This document shows, one piece after another, positions 26,148 through 37,778 of a stretch of 64,000 nt of DNA; the first letter of the stretch is position 1; each line of letters begins with the position of its first letter. The position numbers and the translations under genes are program-made. The notes beneath the pieces are model-generated. The model made no database searches. It saw nothing but the letters and a program-made list of their open reading frames with translations, and was not told the DNA's origin. Source of the stretch: Sphyrna mokarran. Taxonomy: Eukaryota. The stretch spans positions 37,262,001 through 37,326,000 of the forward strand of contig JAGIQG010000006.1 of the NCBI GenBank assembly GCA_024679065.1, read 5' to 3'.

Positions 26148-26500
26148 AGAAAGGCCTGGATAGTGTGGATGTGGAGAAGATGTTTCCATGAACAGAGGAC
26201 ATTAGGATCTGAGGACACATCCTCAGAATAAAGAGAAGGTCCTTTAAAACCGAGATGAGGGGGAATTTCTTCAGCCAGACAGTGGTGAATCTGTGGAATT
26301 TGTTGCCACAGAAGGCTTTGGAGGACAAGTCGTTGAGTGTCTTTAAGACAGAGATAGATAAGTTTTTGATTGGTAAGGGGATCAAAGATTCAGGAAAAAG
26401 GTGGAAAGATGGGTTGAGAAACTTATCAGCCATGATTGAATGGCTGAGCAAACTCAATGAGCCAAATGGCCTAATTCTGCTCCTACATCTTAAGGTCTTA
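26148..26500 (+). mobile_element. CR1 LINE 3' fragment
   Basis: MRGNFFSQTVVNLWNLLPQKALEDKSLSVFKTEIDKFL followed by 3'UTR. Confidence 0.88.
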
Positions 26501-27159
26501 TGGTTCCAACCCATTCTCCGGATTGAAATTACCTCCTGTTTCTTCTTGGTGCACTTATAGAAGAATTTTTAAAAAATACATGTTTCTTTGTGCTCTTTGA
26601 TGCCTCAGACAGAGGAAGTGTATGTACCAAGGAAGGTGTGGGATTGTATTGTTCAACAGTTTCATAATTAATAGGCTTCCTTGTTGTAAGTGTTGAAGCA
26701 GTTCAACAAATTAACTTCAAGAGGTGTGACAACTGTTGCCCAGGGAATGAACAGCCAGTGACACAATCTTGTCTAGCTAACAAAAATAGAGAAGGTTCTT
26801 TTTGGAAGCAAAATACAGTAACATGGGGCTGACATTCATGTAGAATCCTCTGACAGTTCCAGGTCTTCTGCAGCATTTGTGAAGTGCAAGATGATTTTGA
26901 AAGAACATTAAATGCAAGATGCTACTAGTTATTCCAAAGGAGTTGGAATGTCAGGTTCTTCACTAATTAATCTTAAACCTTCTGATATCAAAAAATGCTT
27001 AAAGGAATTTTGTGGGTTCCACCCACCCCATCTTTTCCCCTCATTATAACACTCTTCTTGAATGCTCAGATTTTCAAACAGTACTGTATTTTAGTCAACA
27101 ACAAGTTGGATCATCTAGTTTTCTTCTTATCTTTGCCCTTCTGAATATGCACACTGACA

Positions 27160-28448
27160 AGAGAGAAATGAATTGATTGGGGATAGTCAGCATGGTTTCG
27201 TGAAGGGTAGGTCATGCCTTACTAACCTCATTGAGTTTTTTGAGAAAGTGACCAGAGAGGTGGATGGGGGTAAGGCGGTTGATGTAGTATATATGGACTT
27301 TAGTAAGGCTTTTGATAAGGTGGCCCATGGAAGACTTCTACAGAAAATGCAGATGTGTGGAATAGAGGGTGATTTAGCTAATTGGATTAGGAATTGGCTG
27401 GCAGATAGAAGACAGAGGGTGGTGGTTGATGGGAGATATTCATCGTGGAGTTCGGTGACGAGTGGTGTGCCTCAGGGGTCTGTTTTGGGGCCCCTGCTGT
27501 TTGTAATTTTTATAAATGATCTGGATGAGGGTATTCAGGGATGGATCAGTAAATTTGCAGATGATACTAAAGTTGGTGGAGTGGTAGATAGTGAAGAGGG
27601 GTGTTTTAGTTTACAGAGTGACTTGGACAAGTTGCAGAGCTGGGCCGAGAGGTGGCAAATGGAGTTTAATGTGGAAAAGTGTGAGGTAATGCACTTTGGC
27701 AGGAACAATAAATGTGTAGAGTATAGGGCTAATGGTAGGGCTCTTAATAGTGTTGAGGAACAGAAGGATCTTGGTGTATGTGTCAATAGATCCCTGAAAG
27801 TAGGCAGTCAAGTGGATAAAGTTGTTAAGAAGGCATATGGAGTCTTAGCTTTTATTGGTAGGGGGATTGAATTTAGGAGCCGCAGCATCATGTTGCAACT
27901 GTACAAAACTCTAGTGCGGCCGCACTTGGAGTATTGTGTGCAGTTCTGGTCGCCACATTATAAGAAAGATGTGGAGGCATTGGAGAGGGTACAGAGGAGG
28001 TTTACCAGGATGTTGCCTGGTATGGAGGGCAGGTCCTATGAAGAGAGGTTGAAGGATTTGAGGTTGTTTTCGTTAGAAAGGAGGCGGCTAAGAGGGGATC
28101 TTATTGAAGCATATAAGATGATTAGAGGTTTAGATAGGGTGGACAGTGATAGCCTTTTTCCTAGGATGGAGAAAGCTAGCACGAGGGGACACAGCTTTAA
28201 ATTAAGGGGTATGAGTTATAGGACGGATATCAGAGGTAGGTTCTTTACTCAAAGAGTGATTAGGGAGTGGAATGCCCTGCCTGCAGCTGTTGTAGATGCG
28301 CCAAGTTTGGTGGCGTTTAAGAGGTTAGTTGATAAGTATATGGATGAGAAGGGAATGGTTTAGTTAGGAGGGGCATTGCTTTTTATTTTGGTCGGCACAA
28401 CATCGAAGGCCGAAGGGCCTGTTCTGTGCTGTATTGTTCTATGTTCTA
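27160..28448 (+). mobile_element. Young 5'-truncated CR1 LINE
   Basis: Uninterrupted RT-to-C-terminus frame, 3'UTR gggcctgttctgtgctgta and ttctatg tail. Confidence 0.95.
27173..28363 (+). CDS. CR1 ORF2 reverse transcriptase C-terminal part (396 aa; start is not native)
   Basis: QHGFVKGRSCLTNL, YMDFSKAFDKV, SGVPQGSVLGPLLF, KFADDTK and LEYCVQFWSP. Confidence 0.9.
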   Translation: MIGDSQHGFVKGRSCLTNLIEFFEKVTREVDGGKAVDVVYMDFSKAFDKVAHGRLLQKMQMCGIEGDLANWIRNWLADRRQRVVVDGRYSSWSSVTSGVPQGSVLGPLLFVIFINDLDEGIQGWISKFADDTKVGGVVDSEEGCFSLQSDLDKLQSWAERWQMEFNVEKCEVMHFGRNNKCVEYRANGRALNSVEEQKDLGVCVNRSLKVGSQVDKVVKKAYGVLAFIGRGIEFRSRSIMLQLYKTLVRPHLEYCVQFWSPHYKKDVEALERVQRRFTRMLPGMEGRSYEERLKDLRLFSLERRRLRGDLIEAYKMIRGLDRVDSDSLFPRMEKASTRGHSFKLRGMSYRTDIRGRFFTQRVIREWNALPAAVVDAPSLVAFKRLVDKYMDEKGMV

Positions 28449-28596
28449 AGATGGAATGTCAATGTAAAAAAGGCCAATATTTTACTTTATTCATCTTTGG
28501 TTCAAAACATAATGTTCTAACAAAATAAAATGATGATTACTACAGTTGCTTCCAAGATGTTAAACCTGAAAGGGGAAGATTCTAGGCAGTGATACA

Positions 28597-28741
28597 TGCA
28601 ACCAAAAGAGAAAGTGTTGGAAAATCTCAGCAAGTCTGGCAACATTTGTAAGGGGAGAAAAGAGCTAGTGTTTCGAGTCCAGATGATCCTTTGTCAAAGC
28701 TTCTCATCTGGTTTCAGCATCTGCAGTCATTTGCTTATATC
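28597..28741 (-). mobile_element. Short hammerhead-bearing repeat with 10-bp TSD
   Basis: TSD cagtgataca at 28587-28596 and 28742-28751; - strand reads agct TTGACAA a ggatc atctg gactc GAAA. Confidence 0.85.
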
Positions 28742-29394
28742 CAGTGATACAAGCGAGTTTTCCAAGGAAAGCCCAAACTGTCTTAAAGCCCGCAACTGAG
28801 GTTGACGGTATCTTTGATGCAGCAAAGATTTTTATAGCTCAGAACAAGCTAACTTCCTCATTTTTATGTGTTGGTTTTTTTTTTGAAATATTTTGACATT
28901 TTTGACATTGGAAACTGTTCTTTCTATGGTCTTTTTATATTGCAGGGGTATCGTAGAAAACAAACCCACTGCAGCCAGCGTAGAAACCACCTCACTTACC
29001 ATTTCCATTCTAACCAGTAGTAGACTATAATACAGTACCGTTTGGAAATCTGAGGATTCAAGAAGTGTATTATAATGAAAGGGAAAAGATATGGTGGGTA
29101 GAACGCACAAAATTCCTTTGAACGTTTTTTTGATATGAAAAGATTTGAGATTAATTAGTGAGAAGCCTGATATTCCATCTCCTTTGGAATAAGTAGTAGC
29201 ATCTCTCATGAAATATTCTTTCAAAATCATCTTATTTTCCCAAATCCATACTAATTCAAGTCACAGTAACTGACAATGGAAAAAAAAGAAGAAAATTGAA
29301 AAAGAGGAAATTAAAAAATTGAATTTCGAATATCTCTTGTTGCATCCGACAGGGTGTACCAAACTTGACCCAGCAAGACTTAATTCAAGAACTT

Positions 29395-29516
29395 TGACAA
29401 GAGCTTAGTCCATGAGCTTTGACAAAAGGTCATCTGGACTTGAAACATCAGCTCTTTTCTCTTCTTACAGACGTTGCCAAACCTGCTGAGATTTTCCAGC
29501 GTTTCCTCTTTTGGTC
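29395..29516 (+). mobile_element. Short hammerhead-bearing repeat with 9-bp TSD
   Basis: TSD caagaactt at 29386-29394 and 29517-29525; gagct TTGACAA a aggtc atctg gactt GAAA ca TC agctc. Confidence 0.85.
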
Positions 29517-30418
29517 CAAGAACTTAGCTGTCCCTAACATTTCTTTGAGATTCTAAGATAGTAAAAAACATTTTGAATAACCAATTCATACGTGTAATGT
29601 GGAGACTCGGCACATGAACAGAATGTGCTTATTTTGTGAGGTAAATATTATTGTCTGTTTAGAGTGAAGAAGTACAGAACGGGAATGATAAATGGGCTTA
29701 TTGATTGGAAGGCAAACCCCAAATATAATTCAGAAAGGCCACTCTTATTCTATCAGTCACTGCATCAGAAATCACAGAGCTCCTTGCTTTCCGCTGATTT
29801 ACTGGCCTGCCATTTTCTGTCAAGTAAGGTGAGAGCAACATCTTGTAGACTGTCATTACACACTGCCATCACTTAATAGGCCTCGAAATTCTGTTACCTT
29901 CAGTTTGCAAAGGATGTGAGGAAAGATTTTCAAGATGATTTCATGAATCATTTATGAATTTGAGATATACTACACATGATCTGATATATCAAGCTATTAG
30001 CAGGGGTAGGAATAAAGGATTGCTTCTTTTCTCGTGTTGCTAAGGAAGCCTTAACAAAACAACCAGATATATAAAATTCACATATGTTGCTCACTTCTTA
30101 GAGAAAGGTTAGGAGCAGCAGCAAACAAGAAATTAAAAGAACTTGCTTTTTAATTGTGCCTAATCATGTCCCACAGAAGAATTTTCACGTAATGTCCATT
30201 ATTTTTCATGCTGAGTAATTGTGACTGAAGCTAAAACGATGGACAAGTTGCAACCAGCAAGATTCCACAAATAATAATCAGGTGGATAGCAATAAATCTA
30301 TTTTTGGCAGTGCAGATAATAAACACTGACTGGAGATGGAATGACATTACAGGGCTGTTCCAAGGTTTGGAGCAGATAAAGCAACTGTAAGCCCCAGCAG
30401 AATAAGTCAGAGAATCAT

Positions 30419-31513
30419 GGGGCCTGATTCTGCACATTTTTTGGAGTATCGGGATGGGAGAATTGCATGTCTGCCATTTCACAGGATTCACGTATGTGCT
30501 TCCATGCATGTGTCCCACTGCCGAAGAATAGGCGCACTCATATCACACTGGAAACCGGCAGAAAGAGAGAGAAGTTATTTGAATCTGTTTTTCATGGATT
30601 TTGAATCTCATTATCAGACTCGGCATGGAGTTATCCAGGCCCAATAACGTCTCCCACACCGCCAAGAGTATTTCACCCCAGTGGGATTTGGAGAAGCTCC
30701 ACACTTGCAGGGAGCTAGCAGGAGACCCTACCGGAGTGAAGGGGGGCGCAGTTGGGGCCCTCAGAGGATCGAGCAGTGCAGGGATAATTCCCCCAGGCAT
30801 GGACACCTTGGCAATGCCAGCTTGTGCTCCTGACACTGCCAATGGATTAGGCAGTACCAACATGGCTTAGTGGTAGGGCTTAGGGGCTGTGTCTAGAGGC
30901 AAAAGGCCAGGCAAAATGGGGGCCCGGTGCAGGGGGGAGCATGAGGAAGGAGATAGGCTCTGATGCCAGTCCTCTTGGCCCTATCATAGGCAGGGTCAAT
31001 GGGTGGGCCTATTGTGGACAGGACCGAGTGGGCAATTGGTGGGGGTGGCAGTTGCCGTTGCCAATCTGCATTGGGATCAGTCATGGCTGGAGGGAGGCCA
31101 GTGGAATGGGGTGGGCTGAGAGGAGTGATCTGCAGGGGGAATCTGCCTCCCGTGGGGGGGGCTGTGCCTCCCAAGGGGGTCAGTGGAGAGAGGGGGTTTG
31201 CGGGGGTGAGGCGGGGAACCTTCACTATTTGGGGAGATTGGGACACTCCAGGATGGGATGGGATGGGGGAATGCTTGTGGGAGCTATGATGAGACCATTG
31301 GCGGGGAGGGCTGGGGGGCTAGGGGGCAGCATTGCGAGAGTTCCAGACTGGCCACAAACTGAGATCTGACAGATCAGGGCCATTGCCAGAGTTTCCCCGA
31401 GCTTTTAATCAGATTCAGAGCGTGGGAAATTCGAGTCTGAAGTGGAACTGAATAAACAGTCATGAGTTACACCAGTTTTCTCACCAATTCAGCACTTTTG
31501 GGAGAATTGCACC
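30419..31513. mobile_element. ~1.1-kb GC-rich non-autonomous DNA transposon (Harbinger-like termini)
   Basis: Imperfect TIRs ggggcctgattct / agaattgcaccc; no transposase ORF. Confidence 0.55.
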
Positions 31514-31820
31514 CATAGAATTCCTACAGGAGGCCATTCAGCCCATCAAATCTATACTGACAACAATTGCAGCCAGGCCCTATCCCCATAAACCTTCACA
31601 TTTGCTCTGATCATCCCCTGACACTAAGGGATAATTTAGCATTGCCAATCAACCTAACCTCCACATCTTTGGTGGGAGGGAAAAAAGTTGGAGCACCCAG
31701 AGGAAACGCAATAGACATAGGAAGAATGTGCAAATTCCACACAGATATGACCCGAAGCCAGGATTGAACCTGGGTCCTTGACATTGTGAGGCAGCAGCAC
31801 TAATCATTATGTCACCCTGT
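31514..31820 (-). mobile_element. V-SINE, CR1-type tail
   Basis: Tail, V-domain and tRNA-like head (gattgaacctgggtcc...gcagcactaatca) on the - strand. Confidence 0.8.
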
Positions 31821-31844
31821 CAGTAAGAGAGAAAGTGTCATTAA

Positions 31845-32197
31845 ATATGAGAAGCATGGACAGAGTGGATAGTCAGAAGCTTTTTCCCAAGATGGAAGAG
31901 TCAATTACTAGGGGACACAGGTTTAAGGTGTGAGAAGCACGGTTTAAAACAGATGTACAAAGCAGATTTCTTACATACAGTGTAATGGGTGCCTGGAACT
32001 TGTTGCTGGGGAAGGTAGTGGAAGCGGATATGGTAGAGATTTTTAAGGAGTGTCTTGACAAATACTTGAATAAGATGGGAATACAGGGATATGGTCCCTG
32101 GAAGGGTAGGGGTTTTAGTTAAATTGGGCAGCATGGTCGGTGCAGGCTTGGAGGGCCAAAGGGCCTGTTCCTGTGATATAATTTTCTTTGTTCTTTG
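31845..32197 (+). mobile_element. CR1 LINE 3' fragment
   Basis: actaggggacacaggtttaagg (TRGHRFK), 3'UTR and (ttctttg)n tail. Confidence 0.85.
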
Positions 32198-32399
32198 TAT
32201 GACAGAGACAAACACAATTGGATGAGCCTTCAGAGAAGGAGCGATCCATCAACAAGAACCAACCCTTTACAAAATCCAAGGAGGCTGATCCTGGCAGCTA
32301 TCCTGAATTGTATCCATCATGGAATTCCATGCACTCCTTAGCTCCCATTAGTTCACCCAAACTCTCCTGCCTCTGTCCCAAGCCCAATGCAACTATTAA

Positions 32400-32790
32400 C
32401 TATCTGTGTTCGCTGACCTGCTTGGCTCCTGGTTAAGCAACGCCATGATTTTAAAATTCCTTTCCTTATTTTTAAATTCCTCCCTCGCCTCTTCCCTCTC
32501 TATCTCTGCAATCTCCTCCAACCTCACAAACCTCTCATTCTATGAGCCTCCTCAGTTTTAATCACTCCATTTCTGGCCGCTGCCTTCAGTTGCCTCATCC
32601 CAGAACTTTGCAATACTTTGCCTAAGCCTCTTGTCTCTCCAAGATAATCCTGAAAACCCATCAACTTGGCCTAGCTTTTGGTCATCAGCTTTCTAATCAT
32701 CATCTTATGTGGGACAATGTTATATTTGGTTGTTAACACACAAAAGAATGCTTTCTTATGTTAATTGTTCTTTACAAAGATAAATTGTTC
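32400..32790 (+). mobile_element. Old L2 LINE 3' fragment
   Basis: ctgtgttcgctgacct...gattttaaaattc...tatctctgcaatctcctcca...gccttcagttgcc, resembling a typical L2 ORF2 end. Confidence 0.55.
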
Positions 32791-32835
32791 TCTATGTTGC
32801 TTCTAAGCCTCCTGAGGTTACAGTTTCAGATGCTT

Positions 32836-33160
32836 CATAGAATCCCCACAGTGCAGAAGGAGGCCATTTGGCCCATTGAGTTTTCGAAAGAGCATCTTTC
32901 CCAGGCACTATCCCTATAATCCCACATATTTACCCACTAATCTCCCAAACTGCTCATCTTGAGACACTAAGGGATAATTGAGCATGGTCAATCCATCTAT
33001 CTACACACCTTTGAAATATAGGAGGAAACCGGAGCACCCTGAGGAAACCCATGCAGACGCAAAGAGAATGTGCAAACTCCACACCGACAGTCACCCAAGA
33101 CCCGAATCGAACCCAGGTCCCTGACGCTGTGAGACGGCAGTGCTAACCACTGTGCCACCT
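32836..33160 (-). mobile_element. Full-length V-SINE, CR1-type tail
   Basis: Head cagtgctaaccactgtgccacc, B box gaatcgaaccc, V-domain and tail. Confidence 0.9.
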
Positions 33161-34011
33161 AAGGTTATAGATTAATACTTCCTGTGAGCACTTGGCAGAA
33201 GAAGACCTTTAACTGTTTAGAATAAAGAAATGGAAGGACAAAGATGCTTAAATATTGAAACCCAGGCCTTAGGTTTATGTGATTGAAGGTCAATGTTGGA
33301 GTGATTAAAAGTGGGGAGACTCAAAAGCATGCCCATCAAATGGTAGACTGAAGAGATTGGGGGGAGTGGTAAGGAGCAAATCATGAAATCACCTTAAAGT
33401 AGGAGTATAATAAAATCTATTTGTATATCAGGAAAATTAAGCTTTCAGATTAGTATGGCAGCTTAATTTCCATCAACTAATACTTGAATTGTCAACAGTG
33501 TGATTTTTAGCAGCCAATCTGAAATACAAGATTCACTTTAATTAGCCTCAAGAGAGTTCTGCTCAATTGCAATGTTTAATTAGCATTTAACAGAATTTAA
33601 TAGTGATTAATTAAGAAAATATGAGTCACTAATTTAATGTGTGGAGCAAAATTTTCAGTGTCAATATAGAAATGTGCAATTGAAGGTTCTGACTCCAGAA
33701 TTACAATATACATTTCAGTGAAGCCATAGTAGATTTGAATGTAGCACATCCATTGGGAGTTATTATTTGTATTTTTCAATGTAATATAGAAGTTCAAATT
33801 TCATATCATGGTGCAGCAGAAGTCTGAGCAGCAATATTATTTGTCATTTTAGAAGAAAACCTGCATTTTAATGCCCATTTTGCTCATTTCCTCTCTGTTC
33901 TCTACCATACATGGACTGCAGCGTGGCAACAACAAAACAGCTGCAGTTGGACAGTTGTGCAACGTGAATGCATAAGACAAGCCTGGAGATGTTTGGAGGT
34001 CATGGTGTCAT

Positions 34012-34370
34012 GAAATCATTACAGCACAGAGAGAAACCATTCAGCCCATCTAGTCTGTATCAACTCTATATACTGCAATCCAGTCAGTCCTATTCCCCCA
34101 TTCTATCCTTGTATTCCTGAAAGTTTACTTCCCTCAAGCACATCTAACTTCCTCTTCAAATCATTCATCATCCTCACTTCCAATACCCTCATAGACAGTA
34201 ACAAGTCATTAGCATTCGCTGTGTAAAAATGTACTTACTCACACCTCCTCCAACATCTTGTGCCCACACCTGAACATTTTGTTCTCCAGTATTTGTTTCA
34301 TTATCTAATCAAAACAGTTATCTTTGACTGCCTTGCTCACCTATCAAATCTCCCTTCAATCTCCTTTGTC
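34012..34370 (-). mobile_element. Old CR1 3' fragment
   Basis: acagcacagagagaaaccattcagcccatc 3'UTR with decayed ORF2 end. Confidence 0.55.
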
Positions 34371-34533
34371 GAAGAAATGATTGTGTGGGATTTTTGCCAA
34401 GTCTTTATACATTGAGAATATTTCTACTGGAGAGTTAGTTAGTGTTTATGTTGAGGAGGACACAGGGGAGTATCTCAGTTGTACCTCTTTATGGTCCAGT
34501 CAAAAACATCTCTTGAGCAACAAAGGAAAGATA

Positions 34534-34658
34534 GGGCAGGATTTTTCAGCCCCGCTTGCCCTAAGTCAGAAAATCCCACCCAAGGTCAACAGATCTTTGC
34601 ATGGTCTGGCCCCACCTGCTACAATTCCCATGGTGGATGGGATGGTAAAATTCAACTC
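34534..34658. mobile_element. ~125-bp MITE
   Basis: Termini gggcaggattttt / aaaattcaactc; reverse-complement homologue at 61378-61503. Confidence 0.65.
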
Positions 34659-34739
34659 TTAAACTCTGCCTGCCTGTGGAAAGGATCATCCTTGAAATAT
34701 ACCCACAGATGTCCCATTCTTTTCCAAGGGACTTCAATT

Positions 34740-35228
34740 TACAGAAATAATATTTCAGAAAGTGTCCTTTCTGGTTGCATCACAGCTTGGTATGGCTCCT
34801 GTTCAGTCCGAGACTGCAAGAAACTCCAGAGTTGTGAACGAAGCTCAATTCATTACCCTAACCAGTTTCCCATTCACTGACACCATTTACACTTCCCGCT
34901 GCCATGGCAAAGCAGGCAGCATAATCAAGGAGCCCTCACATCCTGAACATACTCTCTTCCACCTTCCATTGGGAAAAGGATACTAGATCTGAAGACATGT
35001 ACCAACTGACTCAAGGATAGTTTCTTCCCTGCTGCGTCAGACTTTGAATTGACCCACCATATATTAAATTGAGCTTTCTCTACACCCTAGTTATGATTGT
35101 AATATTCTGCACCCTCTCCTTACCTTCTTTATGTATGGTATGCTTTGTCTGTATCGCGCGCAAGAAACAATATTTTTCACTATATACTAATATATGTGAC
35201 AATAATAAATCAAATCAAATCAAAATCA
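34740..35228 (+). mobile_element. Rex/Babar LINE 3' fragment
   Basis: ESVLSGCITAWYGSCS...; tgtgacaataataaatcaaatcaaatc tail. Confidence 0.88.
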
Positions 35229-35874
35229 AATTTGAATTTGCATTTGACCAAGCAAAATCTAGCAGTGTTCATCTTTAAATATTCAGGTTGGATCAAGCTG
35301 TTATTGAGGCTTGAGTACTTTTCAAGCACAAGGTTTTTTGAGAATATTGCTGCTGGAAGAGGAATTGGGCTTTTCATTTTAAACAGTTTTCAAAATTCCT
35401 GGAGATGCCAGGATGAGAAGAAGAGTGGTCCTCCAATGTGCCAAAGATTAGACTTTCCATGGCTCCACCCCATCTTCACGAATGCTGAGTCTATGCCAAG
35501 TCTCCATCCATGACTTAGCTGACCTCCTGCCACCTGACATTTCATTTCCACTCACCAGCCAGCTGCCTCTTACTGTCACTTTGAGGTGGAAGATTCTTGG
35601 AACCTGTGCAGCTTAATTCAAATCTTCCAGGGTTAATGCTGCTGAATCCAGGCCAAACTGGAGGATATGTTAGCAATTAAAAAGGAAAATTCAGCCCCCA
35701 TATTTGAAACTGAGTAATACTAATTAACTATTCATGCCTATTGTATTTGAAATATTCGCTCATCTTTATAGATTACCTTGGAAACTATCTTCAGAAGAAT
35801 CTTTGGGGGCTTAACAATACCTTTTATGTCAGGCATTTTCATTTTACGTCTACATTATTGAGGAGAAGTAACGT

Positions 35875-36010
35875 TGGCCGGAATTCTCCAACCTTGCCTG
35901 AGGATGGGGTTCTCCAGTCCTGCTGCAGTAAATGGAGATTTGGCTGAGTGCCAAATTCTCTGTTCTCACTGGCTGTGGAAGATGGGCAAGTAAGTTGGAG
36001 AATTTGGCCA
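35875..36010. mobile_element. ~135-bp MITE
   Basis: TIRs tggccggaattctccaac / gttggagaatttggcca. Confidence 0.7.
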
Positions 36011-36439
36011 TTATGTCGAAATGTGTGTTGCATAAATTAACATAATGGAGATTACTATTTAAGAATCTTTGGGAATACACAATTTAATAGGCCTATAGAA
36101 TGTAAATTAAATGGTTAAGTTAGAAAGAGCCCTAGCAAGTGTTGCAAATTAAGTTTGTAGTAGTGAGTGAGCAGATTTCTGCCTGGTCACAGTGCTGTCT
36201 GCTCAGCTGTTCAAGAACCCACTGCTTGTTGCAGTCTCTGTTGTCCCCAATATAGCAGGTGACCTTTCTACACTGGACCATGAGAGGCATATAAACAATT
36301 GGTCTCAATTTTGAAAATAAGCTCATTCCCCAAAATATACACAGGCATTTGCAATGAAAACTATTCTTCCTGTCTTGTTTTGGGAGGATGGTAGCAAATA
36401 TTTCATTCATAGCAAACAAGATAACTATATGCCCAGGGG

Positions 36440-36837
36440 ACACAAACTCCCACCCCGACTACCCAACCCCTGGGAGTCCCCGATTGCCCTCACTTCACTT
36501 CAGCGAACTCAGGCCACTAGCTCCCCAAAGTGGAGAACTACTGTAATCCCCACTAGAATAAAATACTCTGACGGGGTGAGAGAGACAAGCAGGTCCAGAA
36601 CTGAATTCTCCGAGCTCGCTTGTACTTTAAAGTACCTTAAAATTAGACTTAAATAAAAATTTAAATGAGTCACTTGTCTTCCGGTTTCCAGCGCAGATCT
36701 GATGGTGCCAAAAATCCGGTGCTGGAAGGTGCATCAGTGGCAGGAATACACGCAGAAATCTGTCTATACTCAGCCGCTAGATTCTCCCACCTCACTGCGC
36801 TAGAAAATTAGTGTGCCGGGTTGGGAGAATCGCCCCC
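36440..36837. mobile_element. Non-autonomous DNA transposon end fragment
   Basis: Terminus gggagaatcgcccc with subterminal inverted gattctccca, as in 30419-31513. Confidence 0.5.
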
Positions 36838-37059
36838 TATATCTGGTATACTGTATGCAGATATAACATCTGTGACAGGTATTTCACTGAGATTCAGTGA
36901 TTATGCCCCAGGGTTTCCATAAAAGCATACTTCAAAACTCAAAGTAATTTATGCTGGTTAAATATTCTTACTGTACAAAGAGATGTTAATAGTTTTGTGT
37001 AGTAATAGTATGGTTGGTACATGCACACATCGGCCTCTGCACATATTGCCCTTTAAGAG

Positions 37060-37175
37060 GAACATAGAACATAGAACATTACATCGCAGTACAGGCCCTT
37101 CGGCCCTTGATGTTGCGCCGACTAGTGGAACCGATCTAATGACCCTTTAACCTAAACTATTCCAATATTATCCAT
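37060..37175 (-). mobile_element. CR1 3' tail fragment
   Basis: (aacatag)n followed by acaggcccttcggccc. Confidence 0.75.
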
Positions 37176-37469
37176 AGACAACATTAGAGGAAGGCCCACA
37201 CAAGTTGTAACTTGGACAGGAGAGTGACTGAGCATCAGGGGAGCAACATAAAAACTTTTTCTGCCGTTTACTTCATCTCTGTCCCTCTGGGACTTTGCAT
37301 GGACTCACCCAGCCCAAACCCTTACCCTCCCATCCCCGCCACCCCCCCCAAAACCGAAGTTAAGGTGGGAGTTAGGGGAAAGTCCAAGTGGGTTGGAGGG
37401 TTATCAGTTCTTCAGTGTTTGTTTTTTTAAATAGTACATGAAGCATATTAACATTAAACCCCAGGCAAT

Positions 37470-37778
37470 AGAGCAGTACAGTGGCACAGTGGTCAACACT
37501 GCTGCCTCATAGTGCCAGGGACCAGTGTTCAATTCCTGGCTTGGGTCACAGTCTGTGCAGAGCCTGCACATTCTCCCTGTATCTGTGTGGGTTTCCTCTG
37601 GGTGCTCCATTTTCTCCCACAGTCTGAAAGACATGCTGGTTAGGTGCATTGGCCCTGCTAAATTCTCCCTCAGAGTACCCGAGCAGGTACTGGAATGTGG
37701 CAAATAGGGGATTTTTCACAGTAACTTCATTGCAGTGTTAATGTCAGCCTAGTTGTGAGACTAATAAATAAACTTTAA
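37470..37778 (+). mobile_element. V-SINE with alternative (Rex/Babar-like) tail
   Basis: tRNA-like head and V-domain followed by ttttcacagtaac...ttgtgagactaataaataaac. Confidence 0.85.

Noticed and set aside
30543-31369. Long GC-rich ORFs (96-142 aa)
   Set aside because: Low-complexity G/C-rich interior of a non-autonomous element with no domain motifs.
33100-33160. tRNA-like A/B boxes here and in other SINE heads
   Set aside because: No complete cloverleaf; these are SINE promoter heads.
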